NCBI GenBank assembly: GCA_030141605.1
Contig: JAQGDQ010000311.1
Span: 186,001-250,000, forward strand
Direction of reading: 5' to 3'
DNA length: 64,000 bases
DNA from: Tubiluchus corallicola
Taxonomy: Eukaryota > Animalia > Priapulida
Positions 1-13,085 of the stretch are shown piece by piece. Position 1 is the first letter of the stretch, and each line of letters starts with the position of its first letter. The notes beneath the pieces were generated by a model. The model saw only the letters and a list, made by a program, of their open reading frames with translations. It had not been told where the DNA came from and did not search any database. The translations under genes were made by a program, and so were the position numbers.

Positions 1-1243
1 TGCTAAGTTTGAAAATTTCAAAGCAATAGCCTGACTTGACTATAACTGTTTTTAGCACTGAAAATACCTTATTTCTCAGCATTTGTTAAAACACATTAGC
101 TCATTGCTTTAAATCTTTTTTTACAAAAAAACACTGAGTGTATCAAAAGTTCACAAGCCTTACAACAGATGCCTTGTAACATCGCCAACTAATATCGCAG
201 TAGAACATTCCGTCTGACGGTTGTTTTGACATCTTACCAACGTTAATATAAATATTAAAAGACAACTTAAGCACACGCGTAAGCCATCAGACAGCAGTGG
301 AGAAGCTTCAGTACAAGTCACTACCTAGGTAACATTTAGCACGAGAATCCAAACATTGCAAATGTAAACATACTTCAATGCGGTCATGTACCAATTATTC
401 TGTTTACAGAACAACGAAACATTACCACACGTATTGACTGCATCTGTTAAAAATTCTTTGTGCAGTCTCATAAATATTACTTTCAGATCAAACTGGTATA
501 TTAGCGCATCAACTATGCATGAAAACAGACTAATTCTAGGTGATTATTCACCTACTAATAATGACAAATGCATAACAACAGCACCATGGCAACACTTAGC
601 TAAAGCTGAATGTATAATGGCTAGTAGGCAATCTACCTCCTAGCCTAAAAGAACAGCAATAAAAAAATGCAGTGATAATGGACATAGTGTGGAGAGATTT
701 CAAGAGTACCGTAGAAAAATTTGACGATGATTCTCTAGGGCATCCTGAAACAAAGCAACACTCGTTTTTGGGTTAATTCCAGGCTTAATGGGAAGAGCTT
801 TAACACATAAAATATAGAAGATAACATTTTCATAAAAATGAATAATTCACTCGCTGCACTGAACGAAATCAAAAGCATGTTAACAATAATCGGGCTACAA
901 AGCCTTACATATCTTTCCAGAAGTAAATACAAACCATTTACAACTCAATATACCTACCTACTCACTGCCAATTTTGTAAATTCTTTGTTGGGCCATCAAA
1001 ACCCTGCTCAAGAATTTATGTACTAACTCTACTTCTGTAACATACAAAATATATCTTCTTATAAGCAAACCAGTTGTTTTCAATGTTTTATTATAACTAC
1101 GCAGACAGCAGTACTCAGATAGTGACTCAAATTTTCCATCCGTGTATGAGTTTCGGCAGTAACCTCCTGACCTCCTTAGTAGACTCCATGTAAAATACGC
1201 ACAAGAGAGGAAATACTTATTGAACACACAGGTTTACACTTAA

Positions 1244-1792
1244 AGGAAAACCGGATGATTGTGTAAACATTAGTTCAGAATAAAGAATGCTCTAAAATAT
1301 TGAAAACTACAACAGCTTTTTTTAAATCAAAGCTTAGATTAAATAATAATTACCTCGGATAGTCAAATGTCGTTAAACTTTCAAAGCTACACGCGGCTCA
1401 GTGAATCTACTAAGATTGGCAGCGGCGCCTTTTTGTCACATTCGCGTGGCCGACAAATAGAATGCGGTACCGTGATAAACATGATCACGAACTGCAGTGT
1501 TAGTTTCTGACGTCATATGATGTAACGCCCATTTTTCGCGACATCATGCGCTTAAACAGTACTGTAACACTTATGCAAATGTGCTTGACACGCAAGGGAA
1601 GACGCCTGCCATTACACAAACTGTGGTTAGTTTCTGACGTAACCAATAGCTGTGTTCGGTTGCCGTTAATTAACCTTCTAAGCTAATTATTCAAATATAA
1701 GAAACAATTGCTAACTTTTATAAGTAAGAAAATGTATATTTTGGACTGTAAATTAAAATGAGAATGAGTCTAAACAATCGTCCGGCCTTCTT
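1244..1792. mobile_element. Kolobok/T2-type MITE, copy 1 (~550 bp)
   Basis: TIR AGGAAAACCGGATGATTGT...ACAATCGTCCGGCCTTCTT flanked by TTAA; closely similar copies at 22705 and 41306. Confidence 0.85.
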
Positions 1793-1932
1793 TTAAAACC
1801 ACAGTAAACTCTCTGAAAGACACTTTAATCCCATTGCACAACCTAAAAGGTTTAATCATTAATTTCGCACAAATGGTAATCCATCCTTAGCAGCTTAAGT
1901 AGACCAAACCAGAAACCAACAAAAAATTCTCG

Positions 1933-3386
1933 TTACCTTACCTTTTTGCAATTAGTTTCATGCTGTTTTAATTGTTGAGCGGCAAATTTTTTACCACAGG
2001 CACCGCAAGTTATTAAAGGCTCTTTCTTTGGCTCAACAACCTGCTGATGAGGATTTTGTGGCAACGGTTGTCTTTTATTCTTAGGAAGAGCATTATTATG
2101 CAGTTTCCACTTTTCTAAGCACTTTGGTTCATGAAATGATATAGAATTAGCGCCAAATTCCTTGCCACATACGTAACAAACAGTCATCGAAAGCCTTTTA
2201 TTCGTTTGACCCATTTTAGCTTTCGTTCGCTGTTGAGCGACAGCATGGGTTCGAGACGGCTCACTTTGAATATACGTTTCGTTAGTTCTTGTAGAGACAT
2301 CTGATATTTTACGAGCGTTGCGCTGTTGAGCGACAGCATTGTTTCGAGACGGCTCACTGTGAATATAAGTTACATTAGTTCTTGTAGAGACATCTGATAT
2401 TTTACGAGCGTTGCGCTTTTGAGCGACGGCATTGTTTCGAGACGGCTCACTTTGAATATAAGTTCTTGTGGAGACATCTGACACTTTACGAGTGTTGCGC
2501 TGTTTTTTCGCAGCTTGCGGCTCCTCAACGATGCGCTCCGCATTTTTTGCCGTAACGTCTGTTTTAGCATGTTCTGTTGGCCCCTTTTTCACTGTAAAGG
2601 AAGGTTTCCCTGCTATTCGTTGCGGAGTTGAACTGGTTCCGTTTATAACGGGCACTTTAACACACTTATCACGGGATACTCTGCGAATGTGGTTCTGCCG
2701 AACAAATGCCTCGGAATCACTTTCATACCCTCGGCTGCTGCTTGCCGGCATTTTTGCAATAGTAAAAGATTTAGAATCAACCGTTCTTTTTTTATCATCA
2801 ACACTAAAACGTTTCGTTCGTCTCGAGGAAGCAGTACTGTCAACACTGTCTTTTTTTGTTTGTTTATCGGGCACAAGTTTCTGATCAATTTCTAATGATT
2901 TACTGACCGAAGATTTATGTTTACTCGGTTTTGATCCTTTTTTTACAAGGTCCTTCGAGTGTAAATGCATCTGTTCTTCAGTTTTGCTTTTGGCAATTGG
3001 CAACATGGGTTGTTTACTAAAGCAAGCACTAGTTTTGTCCAGAATTATTCTGGGTGAAGTAGCTTGTCCACTGACAGGGTAAATCATAGATTTACTCTTA
3101 GCAACACTACCGTCTTCCCGCGGCGAATAATCTTTATTATCTAGCAACTTCAACGCTGCATTTTCTGTCTCCTTCTTGTCTTTTGACACAAAAAAATCCC
3201 AGGGTGACCTTCTCTTTTCCTTCCTCTTTTTCTCTTTAACAGATTTGGGTGAGCCGCTAGAGGAACTTCCAGATGCGTACGGAGAGCAAGGAGACACGCC
3301 TGCGACGTCTACAGCTGTCTGGAGGTCGAGCACACTAGGTGTATCAAGTGTTTCTGTTCCACTAGTACTCACTGAGGAACTTTTCC
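1933..3386 (-). CDS. ZNF474-like gene, large last coding exon (Ser/Lys-rich linker, 93-bp repeats, two C2HC fingers)
   Basis: 479-aa ORF 1933..3372; acceptor TTTCATTCAG at 3387; phase-1 join G|GG AAA AGT; stop TAA 1933-1935. Confidence 0.85.
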
Positions 3387-6300
3387 CTGAATGAAATAAA
3401 GCTGCTATTCATTATTATTGTTAGTTTTATACTACAGTTCATACAGACATCTAACAATACATACTTACAGTTCTCTTATACAGCTAAGAGCCCAAATGGA
3501 TATGTACAAATCTCAAGCATAACATGAAACATCTAAACTACAATATTCTTACTGCTGTTGCCTTCTGAAAGTTAAACTGTAACACATATTTTACACAGAA
3601 TACACATCAAACAAGCACTGTACTTCATGGTAGCAGTTTCTATTTAACAATGACTTGCGGGCTGTATGTGTTTCTTGCAATTTTCTGCCTCTTTAGTTAA
3701 ATTTTAATTGATTTTTTTGCTAATTTACTAATTGTTACTACAAAGGAAGATGCCTGCCATTGCACAAACTTTGGTTAGTTTCTGATGTAAGCAATAGCTG
3801 TGTTCGGTTGCCGCTAATTACCTTTCTAAGCTAATTATTCAAATATAAGGAACAATTGTTAACTTTCATAGGCCAGAAAATGTATCTTTTGGACAGTAAA
3901 TTAGAATGAGATTGAGTCTAAACAATCGTCCGGTCTTCCTTTAAAAAGGATACAGTCAAATATAGAAGAGGAAAATTACAAGAGAAAAACACAAAAGTAT
4001 AAAATCACTGGCAGCAATCTTAGACTGAGTTGTGTGTCACGTTGATACTGTGGTCAGTGAGTTGTGTGTCACGTTGATACTGTGGTCAGTGAGTTGTGTG
4101 TCGCGTTGATACTGTGGTCAGTGACTTTATACCGCTGTCCTTTTCACTTGCGATTTTTATTAGGAAAATTTATTGTGTGTTTTCCCTTTAGAATGATTTT
4201 TCTACGAGCATTTTGGTATGACTATATGTTATATTACATGCTAACAAATTTCTTTCCTACTCCAAGTAAAATGGATAGTTTTATTAAGATAAATATAAAC
4301 CTTTAGTTAATGACAATTTGACATCAATTATGACTATAATAGCAGATTATTCAGGTTGATCAGTTTTAAATACTCATATAAAACTTTCACTCTAAAGCTC
4401 ACATTACAATATATCTGGTAAGCCATCAAGCACTTTGTGCCAGCGTTGCCATCTCTCATTCATAGTGTAATTTATGGTTTTACACACTAAAGAATTCACG
4501 TGTGTTTTCTGCTTGAAATGTGGTTGATAAGTGGCCATTAAAAGGCTACATTAACAACATCAAACAGCTAGCTTCAGTACAGCATAAGCTGCCATACACA
4601 ACTTAACACATTACAATATCATTGATAATGTGTACACATTGTACGAAACGCTTTCAAGGCCCACACTACCTGCACTAAATGTTGGCGACACCAGAGGGCT
4701 GGCCTTCACAGGTGCAAATGTCATGTGTTTCCCCTCCTTGGTGGCAACGTCTACCGCTGTTGAAGTGTCTAAGATTTTAGGCTTTTCTATCACAGCCGTT
4801 TTCGGTCTTTGTTCTGAAACACATTCGAATTTATCACCTTAAGCTACTTTGAGCAACAAGGAAATTTTACATCTGAAAAATTGTAACTAAAGAAAATGCA
4901 GCAAACAGTAGATTCATGGAATATGGCAACAGATCGAAAGCAACTTGACTCTTCTAGACAATTTAAAATTTCCATTACTTGGAAGAAAGAAAAATTAGTG
5001 ATGAAATTAAATCAAGCATCAGAATTAACCGGGAAATGTAAACTAACATCACTGACTGCAAAGCCCATATTTTATCAATATCTTTTTCATTCTTTGCATT
5101 ATGAAACGTGAACATTTTCTGGTTAAAACAACAAGACACACAACTTAGTTAGCTACTTGTTCAAGACCCACAACATTGGTTGGCATTTAATTATTAATTT
5201 AATTAATAAACTGATCATATTTTGTCTTTCTATGTTACTAGTCAATAAATCAGTTGACGACCAAATGCTCAGCACAGCAAGTACGACGGGTACATGAACA
5301 AATCACATTGGTTTAATTAAAATCCGCAATTACCATAGACCGAGTGAACAATCTAGAACATGCTTATAATTTTCCTCACGTTTATTTACTCACTTAAAAC
5401 AAAATGTGAAGACAAAAAATGTTGCAGAAAACAGACAAATTCGATAAAACAAAGTTAATACTATTGGTTTAACCGTCTCCGCTGTAAGTAATGACCAAAG
5501 TGCACATCTTATTCTTTAGTTAAATTTATTCAGTAGTTAAAGTAGTGTCATCATAAATGAGAAAGGAAAAGAATTACTGTAAGGAAGGTGCTAGGTAAAA
5601 GCAATGCAGCTTTCACGATGTTACTAAGCACAACAACTTTGGAAAAACCCTTGGGCACTACTGCACATGCCCAAAGAGAAAATAGCCCACGTTTATTATA
5701 CAACATTAAGTGATAAATCAGACAGCAAATCTAAGTGTGATTTTAGAATCATGAATTAACTGACGATTATAATGATTAGAGTAACTTTTTAATAAAACAT
5801 TTGCACAAGAAGTTGCAGCAATTCAACTCACTTTTCTGGATTACAAGACCTTTAAACCTGAATGTCTTGTTGGCTCGTTCCCTTGCCGTATCCAGATCAT
5901 CCGAGAATTCTGCGTCTTCCCAATCACTGATGTCCACAGCCGCTGCAATAGTGGCATGTCCCTTTCGCTCAGTTTTGTCTTTAACTGCTGGTTTACGCTC
6001 AACAGTAGCTGCTTGCTTTTCCTTCAATACTGGCTTGGATTCTACCAGAGCAGTTCTTATTAGCGGAACCGTTTTCTCCTCAATGATCTGCTTGGGCGCA
6101 GTCGGCTTTTTACTTTTCTCCGGCTTTACAATCTAAATTACAACAATAAGAGACACGTTGATTCAGTACTGGACTTTCCCTTGTGGTCCGAGTAAATAGC
6201 CATTGTCCAATCTATGTAGTGACCTACTGTCAGTGAAACATACTTAAAAATCAATTACAATTGGAAGGATTATTGCTGTAAAATGTAGAATAGGAAACAA

Positions 6301-8406
6301 GATACACAACAGGAAAAAGAATTGATAATGGTGTAAACAATTATCCGTTTGAATGTAATAACCAGGGTTCCCACAGAATTTTACAATACATTTCTCCAAC
6401 TTTTCCATGACCAAGATAAGCAGAAATTGCGTTACCAGTATACATATTCATACAAATACTGATATATAATGTGTCAGCCAATCATTATTTTTGGAACAGA
6501 AATCTAAACTGGGAGCCCGTCATAGCAAAATTTTATTTGAACACGAATCACTGAAAAATATGTTTGGAAAAATATCGGTTCACGGAGATTATTTTTGCGA
6601 TCCTTTCCAATTTCCCTGACTTTTCGTCCTATTTTCATTATTTTCCCTGACTTTTTACATAAATTGTCTTTTTCCATGACTTCTCCATGACTTTCCAGGA
6701 CAGCGTGCATTTTCAAGGATTTTCTAGGATCTGTGACCGTGGGAACCCTGAACAACAGAAATAACTGTTTTGTTCATAAATTTGATTAAAATAGGCCACT
6801 CATCTCACTTAGTCATAGATCTCAAAATGCTCTACAGTGTTTGTATGATAAATGCAAATCCTTTCACAGGGTTACATCACTAACCATAATCAATTTTCAA
6901 TAATTAAAATTATGTCATAAGTCATATTTACTTAAATGTTTGCATCTGTTTGCTTGTCTGCTAAAGATGCTGTACTTGTTACACCTAAAAATTTGATAGT
7001 TTTGCCTCATTTTGCTCTTAAACTGCCAACAGCAATATTTTTCAACATCAAAGAAGTCCAAAAATGGAACATCCAATAAATTTAGTGATACGCAGTTAAA
7101 AGAAGTACAATGTGTTTATGCAATCACAAACATACACAAATGTGCAAAATCTATACAAGTAAAAATCTGAACACACCTCTTTATTGGTAACTGGCAGTGT
7201 TTTTGACATTTTTGGCTTAAGCGGCTCAGCGTGACAATTTTTCTCATGAATAGGCAGCCGTTCTGGATTGAACTTCCGTCCGCATTTCGAGCATGGCATC
7301 CGTTCAGCCAAATCTCGTTCATATGCCATCATCCCTACTTCATCTCTGCAATAAATGGAACAAAAAGTCAGTGGCCAGCATCTATAAAGACAAAAATTTA
7401 CCCGGCTTGCTCTAATTAGTCTCTTCCTTCAAATAGAGAGTAATTAGTCCAACCTGTCTGTACGTCTGTCTGTCACCAGACTAATTTTAGAAGTTAGTCA
7501 GATATGATCATTTCTAGGAATATTTAGATTTTGTGATCAATCGGCACACAAATAACTCAGGCTAGAGATCGAAGCCATTAAGACACAATACTAAGCCTGT
7601 CCGTCTGTGATGTCTCATTTCACCTTTGTTTATGTTTTAACGTTAAACTCAGAGCAAAAGTAGTTCCCACGAAAATATATGACCTTGTGCAACACAGAAG
7701 AATGAAAAATGGTTAAAATTTTGGTTTGGACAAAAGCAGAATTTAGTTTGTAATTTATTTCTAATGAAAAAACTATTCGTGGTGTCAATGTGTTTTAGAC
7801 AAATTGAGTATGGCTGTATTTACTTATTTCTAATCAAAAAACTGTTCGTGGTGTCAATGTGTTTTAAACAAATTGACTATGGCTGTTTTTTCTTATTTCT
7901 AATCAAAAAACTATTCGTGGTTTCAATGAGTTTTAAACAAATTGACTATGGCTGTTTTTTCTTATTTCTAATCAAAAAACTATTCGTCGTGTCAATGTAT
8001 TTTTTAAACAAATTGACTATGACTGTACTTAAACATATATATAGTTGACCATATATGAATTTTCCAGTGACCTAACAGAATAATACTTAAGTTTCAGAAA
8101 CTAGCTTGTAAAAATAGAAAACATGAATTATAAAAGACACAAAAATAGGAACTCAAGTTATATTGAATCCTTTGAAAAGCTAAGTCATAGTAACATAAAT
8201 TCTCTCATAAATTCTTACAAAAGTGAGACAATATCCTGATCCTCCGGACGTTTTGGTGGCAGCTGACGCTCCGATGTAGGAAGCTGATTATTCGCCATGT
8301 TCCAAGAATCAAGACAGTCGGCTTCATGTTTGACTATAGACCGAGCGCTGAATGCTCGACCACAAATATAGCATGAAAGCTGTTCTGGAAGACTTCCAGG
8401 CATCAT
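1933..8406 (-). CDS. ZNF474/ZC2HC1-like C2HC zinc-finger protein (whole spliced gene, ~751 aa; exons 8219-8406, 7177-7345, 5832-6132, 4670-4813, 1933-3386)
   Basis: Four C-x2-C-x11-H-x3-C fingers (CYICGRAFSARSIVKHEADC, CSKCGRKFNPERLPIHEKNC, CYVCGKEFGANSISFHEPKC, CGACGKKFAAQQLKQHETNC). Fingers 1 and 3 are followed by the ZNF474-type L..W...N..LP...R..P..P tail. Exons join with GT-AG sites in matching phases (2,0,1,1) and sum to 2256 nt. Confidence 0.8.
2226..2500 (-). repeat. Coding tandem repeat, ~93 bp x3 (YIQSEPSRNNAVAQQRNARKISDVSTRTN)
   Basis: Motif recurs at 2230, 2323 and ~2416; visible in the translation. Confidence 0.9.
3742..3940. mobile_element. Truncated right part of the same Kolobok/T2-type MITE
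   Basis: Matches 1595-1792, ends CCGGTCTTCCT+TTAA. Confidence 0.85.
4027..4123. repeat. 32-bp tandem repeat x3
   Basis: GAGTTGTGTGTCACGTTGATACTGTGGTCAGT repeated three times. Confidence 0.9.
4670..4813 (-). CDS. ZNF474-like gene, internal exon (QRPKTAVIEKPKILD...PTFSA)
   Basis: TGTTTCAG acceptor, CAG|GTAGTG donor, 144 nt, phase 1-1, open frame. Confidence 0.65.
5832..6132 (-). CDS. ZNF474-like gene, internal exon (IVKPEKSKKP...GLVIQK)
   Basis: TTTAG acceptor, A|GTGAGT donor, open frame matching ORF 5776..6027. Confidence 0.75.
6363..6750. mobile_element. Non-autonomous DNA transposon (hAT-like MITE)
   Basis: Perfect 12-bp TIR CAGGGTTCCCAC / GTGGGAACCCTG; internal TTTCCMTGAC subterminal repeats; flanks AATAAC/AACAAC may be an imperfect TSD. 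Confidence 0.75.
7177..7345 (-). CDS. ZNF474-like gene, exon with C2HC finger 2
   Basis: TTGCAG acceptor, GAG|GTGTGT donor; MPCSKCGRKFNPERLPIHEKNC. Confidence 0.85.
7755..8026. repeat. 69-bp intronic minisatellite x4
   Basis: TTATTTCTAAT recurs at 7755, 7824, 7893, 7962. Confidence 0.9.
8219..8406 (-). CDS. ZNF474-like gene, first coding exon with C2HC finger 1
   Basis: Acceptor TTTCAG at 8412, ATG at 8406, TT|GTAAGA donor; LSCYICGRAFSARSIVKHEADCLDSW. The start codon could lie in an upstream exon. Confidence 0.8.
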
Positions 8407-9087
8407 TGTGTCTGAAACAAAAATACATAAAAAATGTAAATGGATTTTGGTGCATAAACTTCTAACTAAATATAAGTGAATTTAAAATATTTTGACCAAC
8501 TGTCTCTGCTAGTGAGACATTTACTGCAGGCAAGCAAGGATGGCAGGTATGTTTTCACTACCTTTCCCCAAAAGAAGACATTTGATCGTTTTTGGAAAAG
8601 TCCCCGAAAAGTGTTCCACGGTAGAATCATGTGAAACCAATTTTGAAACAAGCCATCCTGCCACTTCAATACAATAAATTTCCTTAGGTTGAGTAACTGT
8701 TCTGCTGTTGTAGAATAGGACCTGAATAAGTAACCCTGCCCAACCAAAGAAAAAGTGCCTCTTTCTTGGATTCGACTTGAGTTTCATGAACAGAAAACGA
8801 AAAGAAACAAATGTTGGGCAAAATATACAGAAAGCAAATTCAATCCACACCAGTTACTTCAATTCAGTGTGGTCTCTTCTCCTATCCTGCATCGCAATCA
8901 TACTGATTAATTCATTTATCAATCTAACTATTACAAATATAGTTTAATGAGAACTCCCGTTTGAGTAGTAGTGTTACTGTAAAACAGAAAGAAACATTAC
9001 ATAAAAACATCCAAAGCGCAAGAAAACATATCCAACATTATCTCTGCGGTTTGGCAAACATCTATTTTCTTACGTACATGTTCTTTC

Positions 9088-9230
9088 TATGAACTATGAA
9101 CTATGAATTTTATTTCACACATCAAAAAATACAGTATCAAACACATTAATAAACTTTAAATAAAATAATTTGAGTAGTGCGAAGTGAGTGTACGACCATA
9201 CGGTCATTAACACACTCACCTTACTTAAAT
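9088..9230 (-). mobile_element. Probable LINE 3'-end remnant (stem-loop, AATAAA, short-repeat tail)
   Basis: (TATGAAC)n tail on plus, TTTATT, hairpin GTGAGTGT..GACC-ATAC-GGTC..ACACTCAC. Confidence 0.45.
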
Positions 9231-10756
9231 AAAAAAATGATTATAATTATGCATGTTTCTGCAGATAACTTAATGTAAATAAAGATGAAGTAAATAATGT
9301 AACAATAGCAATGGTATAAGAGCCATAAACCTGAAAGTTGAGAAAGGAAAACATAATATGTAATTACGACTTTGAGTGAGCCTTAAAAAGTGAAAAATTT
9401 TTTTTAAATAGTTACGAATATGAATTATGTGATTATCTGTCAATGCACCACTTACTTGTATTACAATGCACTATATTGCTTACTTGTATATACAATGACA
9501 TACGTATACACATACATGTACCCAAATCTAAGTGGGGGAGAAGAGATTAAATTATACATTATACTTGTAGTAATAACTATAATTGTATAGAACATTTAAA
9601 TATAATTGATGGCAGTAATGTAGCCATCATTACCATTAAAGATGGGCTATCGGGAGGGGGGGGGCAAATTATAAGAATATAAGTGATTCATTAGCAAAAT
9701 TGATGCTACAATAATACATTCAATCTCTATTTCTCTATCTGAAGATACATGAAATGGAGTGAAATCATGTCTGTGAAAAAGCCGGCTAGATCGAAGTTAA
9801 TTTAATATGACAGCACAAACAAAATTAAATGTTTAAGAGCATTATTAATTCATCGCAGAAGTAATGCAATACATTCACCAATGCACTGACATTTTACTTC
9901 AGCATGTTCCCAGAAATAATAACAGTGCCCAAGGTGAAAGACGTTAATAATTCAGGTATAGCTGCAGATCAATACATTTATATTAATCTGGTGAGCCGAT
10001 CGGCAAATGATCGACAAACTTCTACCGATGACGTGTGAACTATTGTAACACTACTCATATTGATCTTACAATTGATGGCTCTTACAACAGATTTAAGTTA
10101 CATTTAACCTGCCTCTGTTTAAACTTTTTACCCAAACTGTGCTAAAGAACTATATAAGTTTATTTATTTCCACTCTGCATCTAACAGTTATAATAAAAAT
10201 ACAGATAATTTCACTGAAATAAATATAAATATAAATGCAATATTATCCAGAAATTACAAAAGAGATTCTTATCCAGCATATACATGTGCAAATTACATTA
10301 CAGAATAATTTTGATGCATACAGTTTGAGCCTAAAAGCATAGCTTGACAGGCCAAATTGTACGTGGAAATCTTAAAGAAGTGATTAATAATTGCAATAAT
10401 GATAATATATACATAAAAGTGAGGGGGGAGTAGTGAATGAAAGATGAAATGGAGTGAGAACTAAGAAAAACTGTGATCATGATTATAAAGTGTTCAGTAA
10501 TCTGTTGTTAGTAACTACATGTGTTAAATCTTCGAGTTTTTAACAGTTGTTGTTAGGTAGCATCAAAGGCACAAATTCTAGGGGTTCATCTCAATCAGCT
10601 TTAGACTAAAATAACAAAAATAAAATAGCTAAGCGATTTGTTGTGAATTATTTTAGTTAAAACTAACATTGACTAAAGAACAATACTGAAACAAGCTGCA
10701 TTAAACAGCTTATATGTCTCCACCCGCCCAATGTCTGTTCGAAAATGTATGCTTAT

Positions 10757-10993
10757 ACCAGACGGTTTAGTTTAGTGGTAATGCGTCGGCTTTGTGTCTG
10801 GGAGGTCGTGAGTTCGAGCCAGCAGCCGGGTCATACGAAAGACTTTAAAAATTGTACCTGCTGTTGCCCTGCCTGAGGCGTGGTATTTAGGGTAAAAGTG
10901 AGGAAATGTTATGTAGTTGTAGGTTGTCATTTATAGTCGGCGATAATAGCTCTTTGAGCTCATGTTAATTGTTGACCCAAAAGCCGACTTTAA

Positions 10994-11046
<53 letters not shown>
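10757..11046 (+). mobile_element. tRNA-derived SINE, copy 1, (ATT)n tail
   Basis: Pol III A box TAGTTTAGTGG and B box GAGTTCGAGCC, body GGGTCATACGAAAGACTTTAAAAATTGTACCTGCTG, (ATT)n tail; second copy at 29978. Confidence 0.85.
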
Positions 11047-12557
11047 GCTTGAAACATAAACAAATTTAGAGAGAAAGTTGACTTCTATACAAGCTATAAT
11101 GCTAGACTGATGTCTGAGATCAAAAGAAGGAAAGATAAAATGACTAAACATGATGCTGTCTGAGTTCAAAAGGTTAGAGGTCAGTCACAGAATAAAATAT
11201 TGTATTTTATACATACGTGTCTGCAGATAAATGTAGATGAAAGGAATATAAAATCAAGTTTAGTGCACGGGTTCTCCCGTGTTTTGAAGAATACAAAGTG
11301 GAAGTTCAAAATGAAAAAGCAACTTATAAACCCTATCTTTATCTGTTAAATTAAAAATAAGTAAGACAATGTTAATACTTAAACAATGTAGATTGAAAAA
11401 TTCACTAAGAAGACAGACTCAATATCTTAGTATATCTACATCATTGTGTAAAGTCCTCGTGTGAGTTCAAAAACACAAAGAAATGTAACGTTTTGCGACT
11501 TTTTTATACTGTGTTGTGTTTTTTCTCGTTTTTGCCTGCCTATATAATGGTAAAATGAACTGCCATGCTTCTTCCAGTTTTTCCATTGCAGGTTTTTCCT
11601 ATTAATACACTTACATTGGTGAAACCAAAAAGTAATTGTAAATGTCAGTGAGAAAAAATTGATCATGAATTCATAACTAAATTTAACGTACAAGTATCCA
11701 TAACGTGTACTCTACAAATGCTGCAGCAAGTCTTAATTAGCCAAAAGCTTTTACTGTATACTATTGCACTGTATCTAGAATTAAAAGAGGTATAAAAGAT
11801 AAGAGTAGTTCACACCCTGTTCCATCAACACCCATAGACAAACTGAGTTCAATGCCACGAGCTATGTAACTACGTAAACCTGCCAATAATTGTATTATTT
11901 GAACAGGTGATTAAAGGCAAATACAAATGTATGTATTTCACAAAGAGCTTCACCTTTATTGATGCTTACTCTAACTCAGGTATATTTACCTACAGACAAG
12001 AGAAGCCAGTGAAACATTAGGGCAGGCGTGGGTAGCTGTTACCGCATAAGCTTCTACATGTATTGATTTTCCAAAAAATGCCTGAACCGGGGAGCTATTT
12101 AAGCAGGGAAAGCAGCACTATTAGCAAGAAATGCTTTGTAGGTATAGCGCCATAATCAATTAGGTAGCCATGCATATAATGTAACTTTGTAGATTGAAAA
12201 TATTAGCTTCACGAGAACTAGCAGGTATTCATGCCACATTATTATTAAACATACAATCCATTACTCAGACTATTACGATACAACACCGAATTATAATTTG
12301 TCAGTTTGTACGTTCATGTAATAACATATTAGGCTCATAACCTAAACACTTTTAAATATCTCAAGTGGTTTGTTTGCTGGAGAATTCATTGATTGACTGA
12401 CCCACAGTAAGCACTAGAGAGAAAACACTTTTGGATTTAGTTGTATATGACACATATGTGACACAGTAATAAAACATTTTCAAACAATTTAAACAGCTTG
12501 GATGGTTCGATAATTAGCTGTTTGATTGCTAGATTAGTTGATTGTCGTGACTAACTA

Positions 12558-13085
12558 GATAAGATAAGATAAGAAAAGATAATATTTATTTTTATCGGTA
12601 TGATATAAACAGTACATATTTGTAGAAACATGAGCTTAAAGCTCGTAAACTGATATCAAACATAATGTATATGAGCAATAACATGGTAATAATATGTACT
12701 TCTTAAATCTTTTGGATGCCACCAGAGGTATTGGTACAAGAAAAATTACAACTCCATGAAGACAGTAAAATTGACACAGTTAAGAATTGAGACAGTAAAA
12801 ATTTTGGGCAGTAACATTTTCTAAAATTTACACAAAAAGCTATCTAGGTCAATAAAAAAATTTTCTGCCAACATTTCAGCATTTAATTACGACTTAACAA
12901 AATTGGGAAGTTCGCTGAATTTACAAATGGCACATTTACATGATACACCAGTCCATGAGTTAATTAGACGTTTAAATTCCCCAAAATTTTCGGCCATTCG
13001 GAGACAGTTTGGTAATTCATTCCACAATGTGGCTCCATAATAGGAGAAACTTTTCTTGCCATATGTAACACCATCACAACTAAGC
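12558..13085 (-). mobile_element. 5'-truncated LINE (L2/CR1 group) ORF2 C-terminus, 3'UTR and (TCTTA)n tail
   Basis: YGKKSFSYYGATLWNELPNCLRMAENFGEFKRLINSW fits the SF.Y.G..LWN.LP...FK C-terminal motif of L2/CR1-group ORF2; (TAAGA)n at 12558-12580. Confidence 0.75.

Noticed and set aside
7764-8048. 94-aa repetitive ORF on plus strand
   Set aside because: By-product of the 69-bp (23-codon) intronic minisatellite.
10760-10830. tRNA gene
   Set aside because: A and B boxes are present but there is no clean cloverleaf; it continues into a SINE body and tail and has a diverged second copy.
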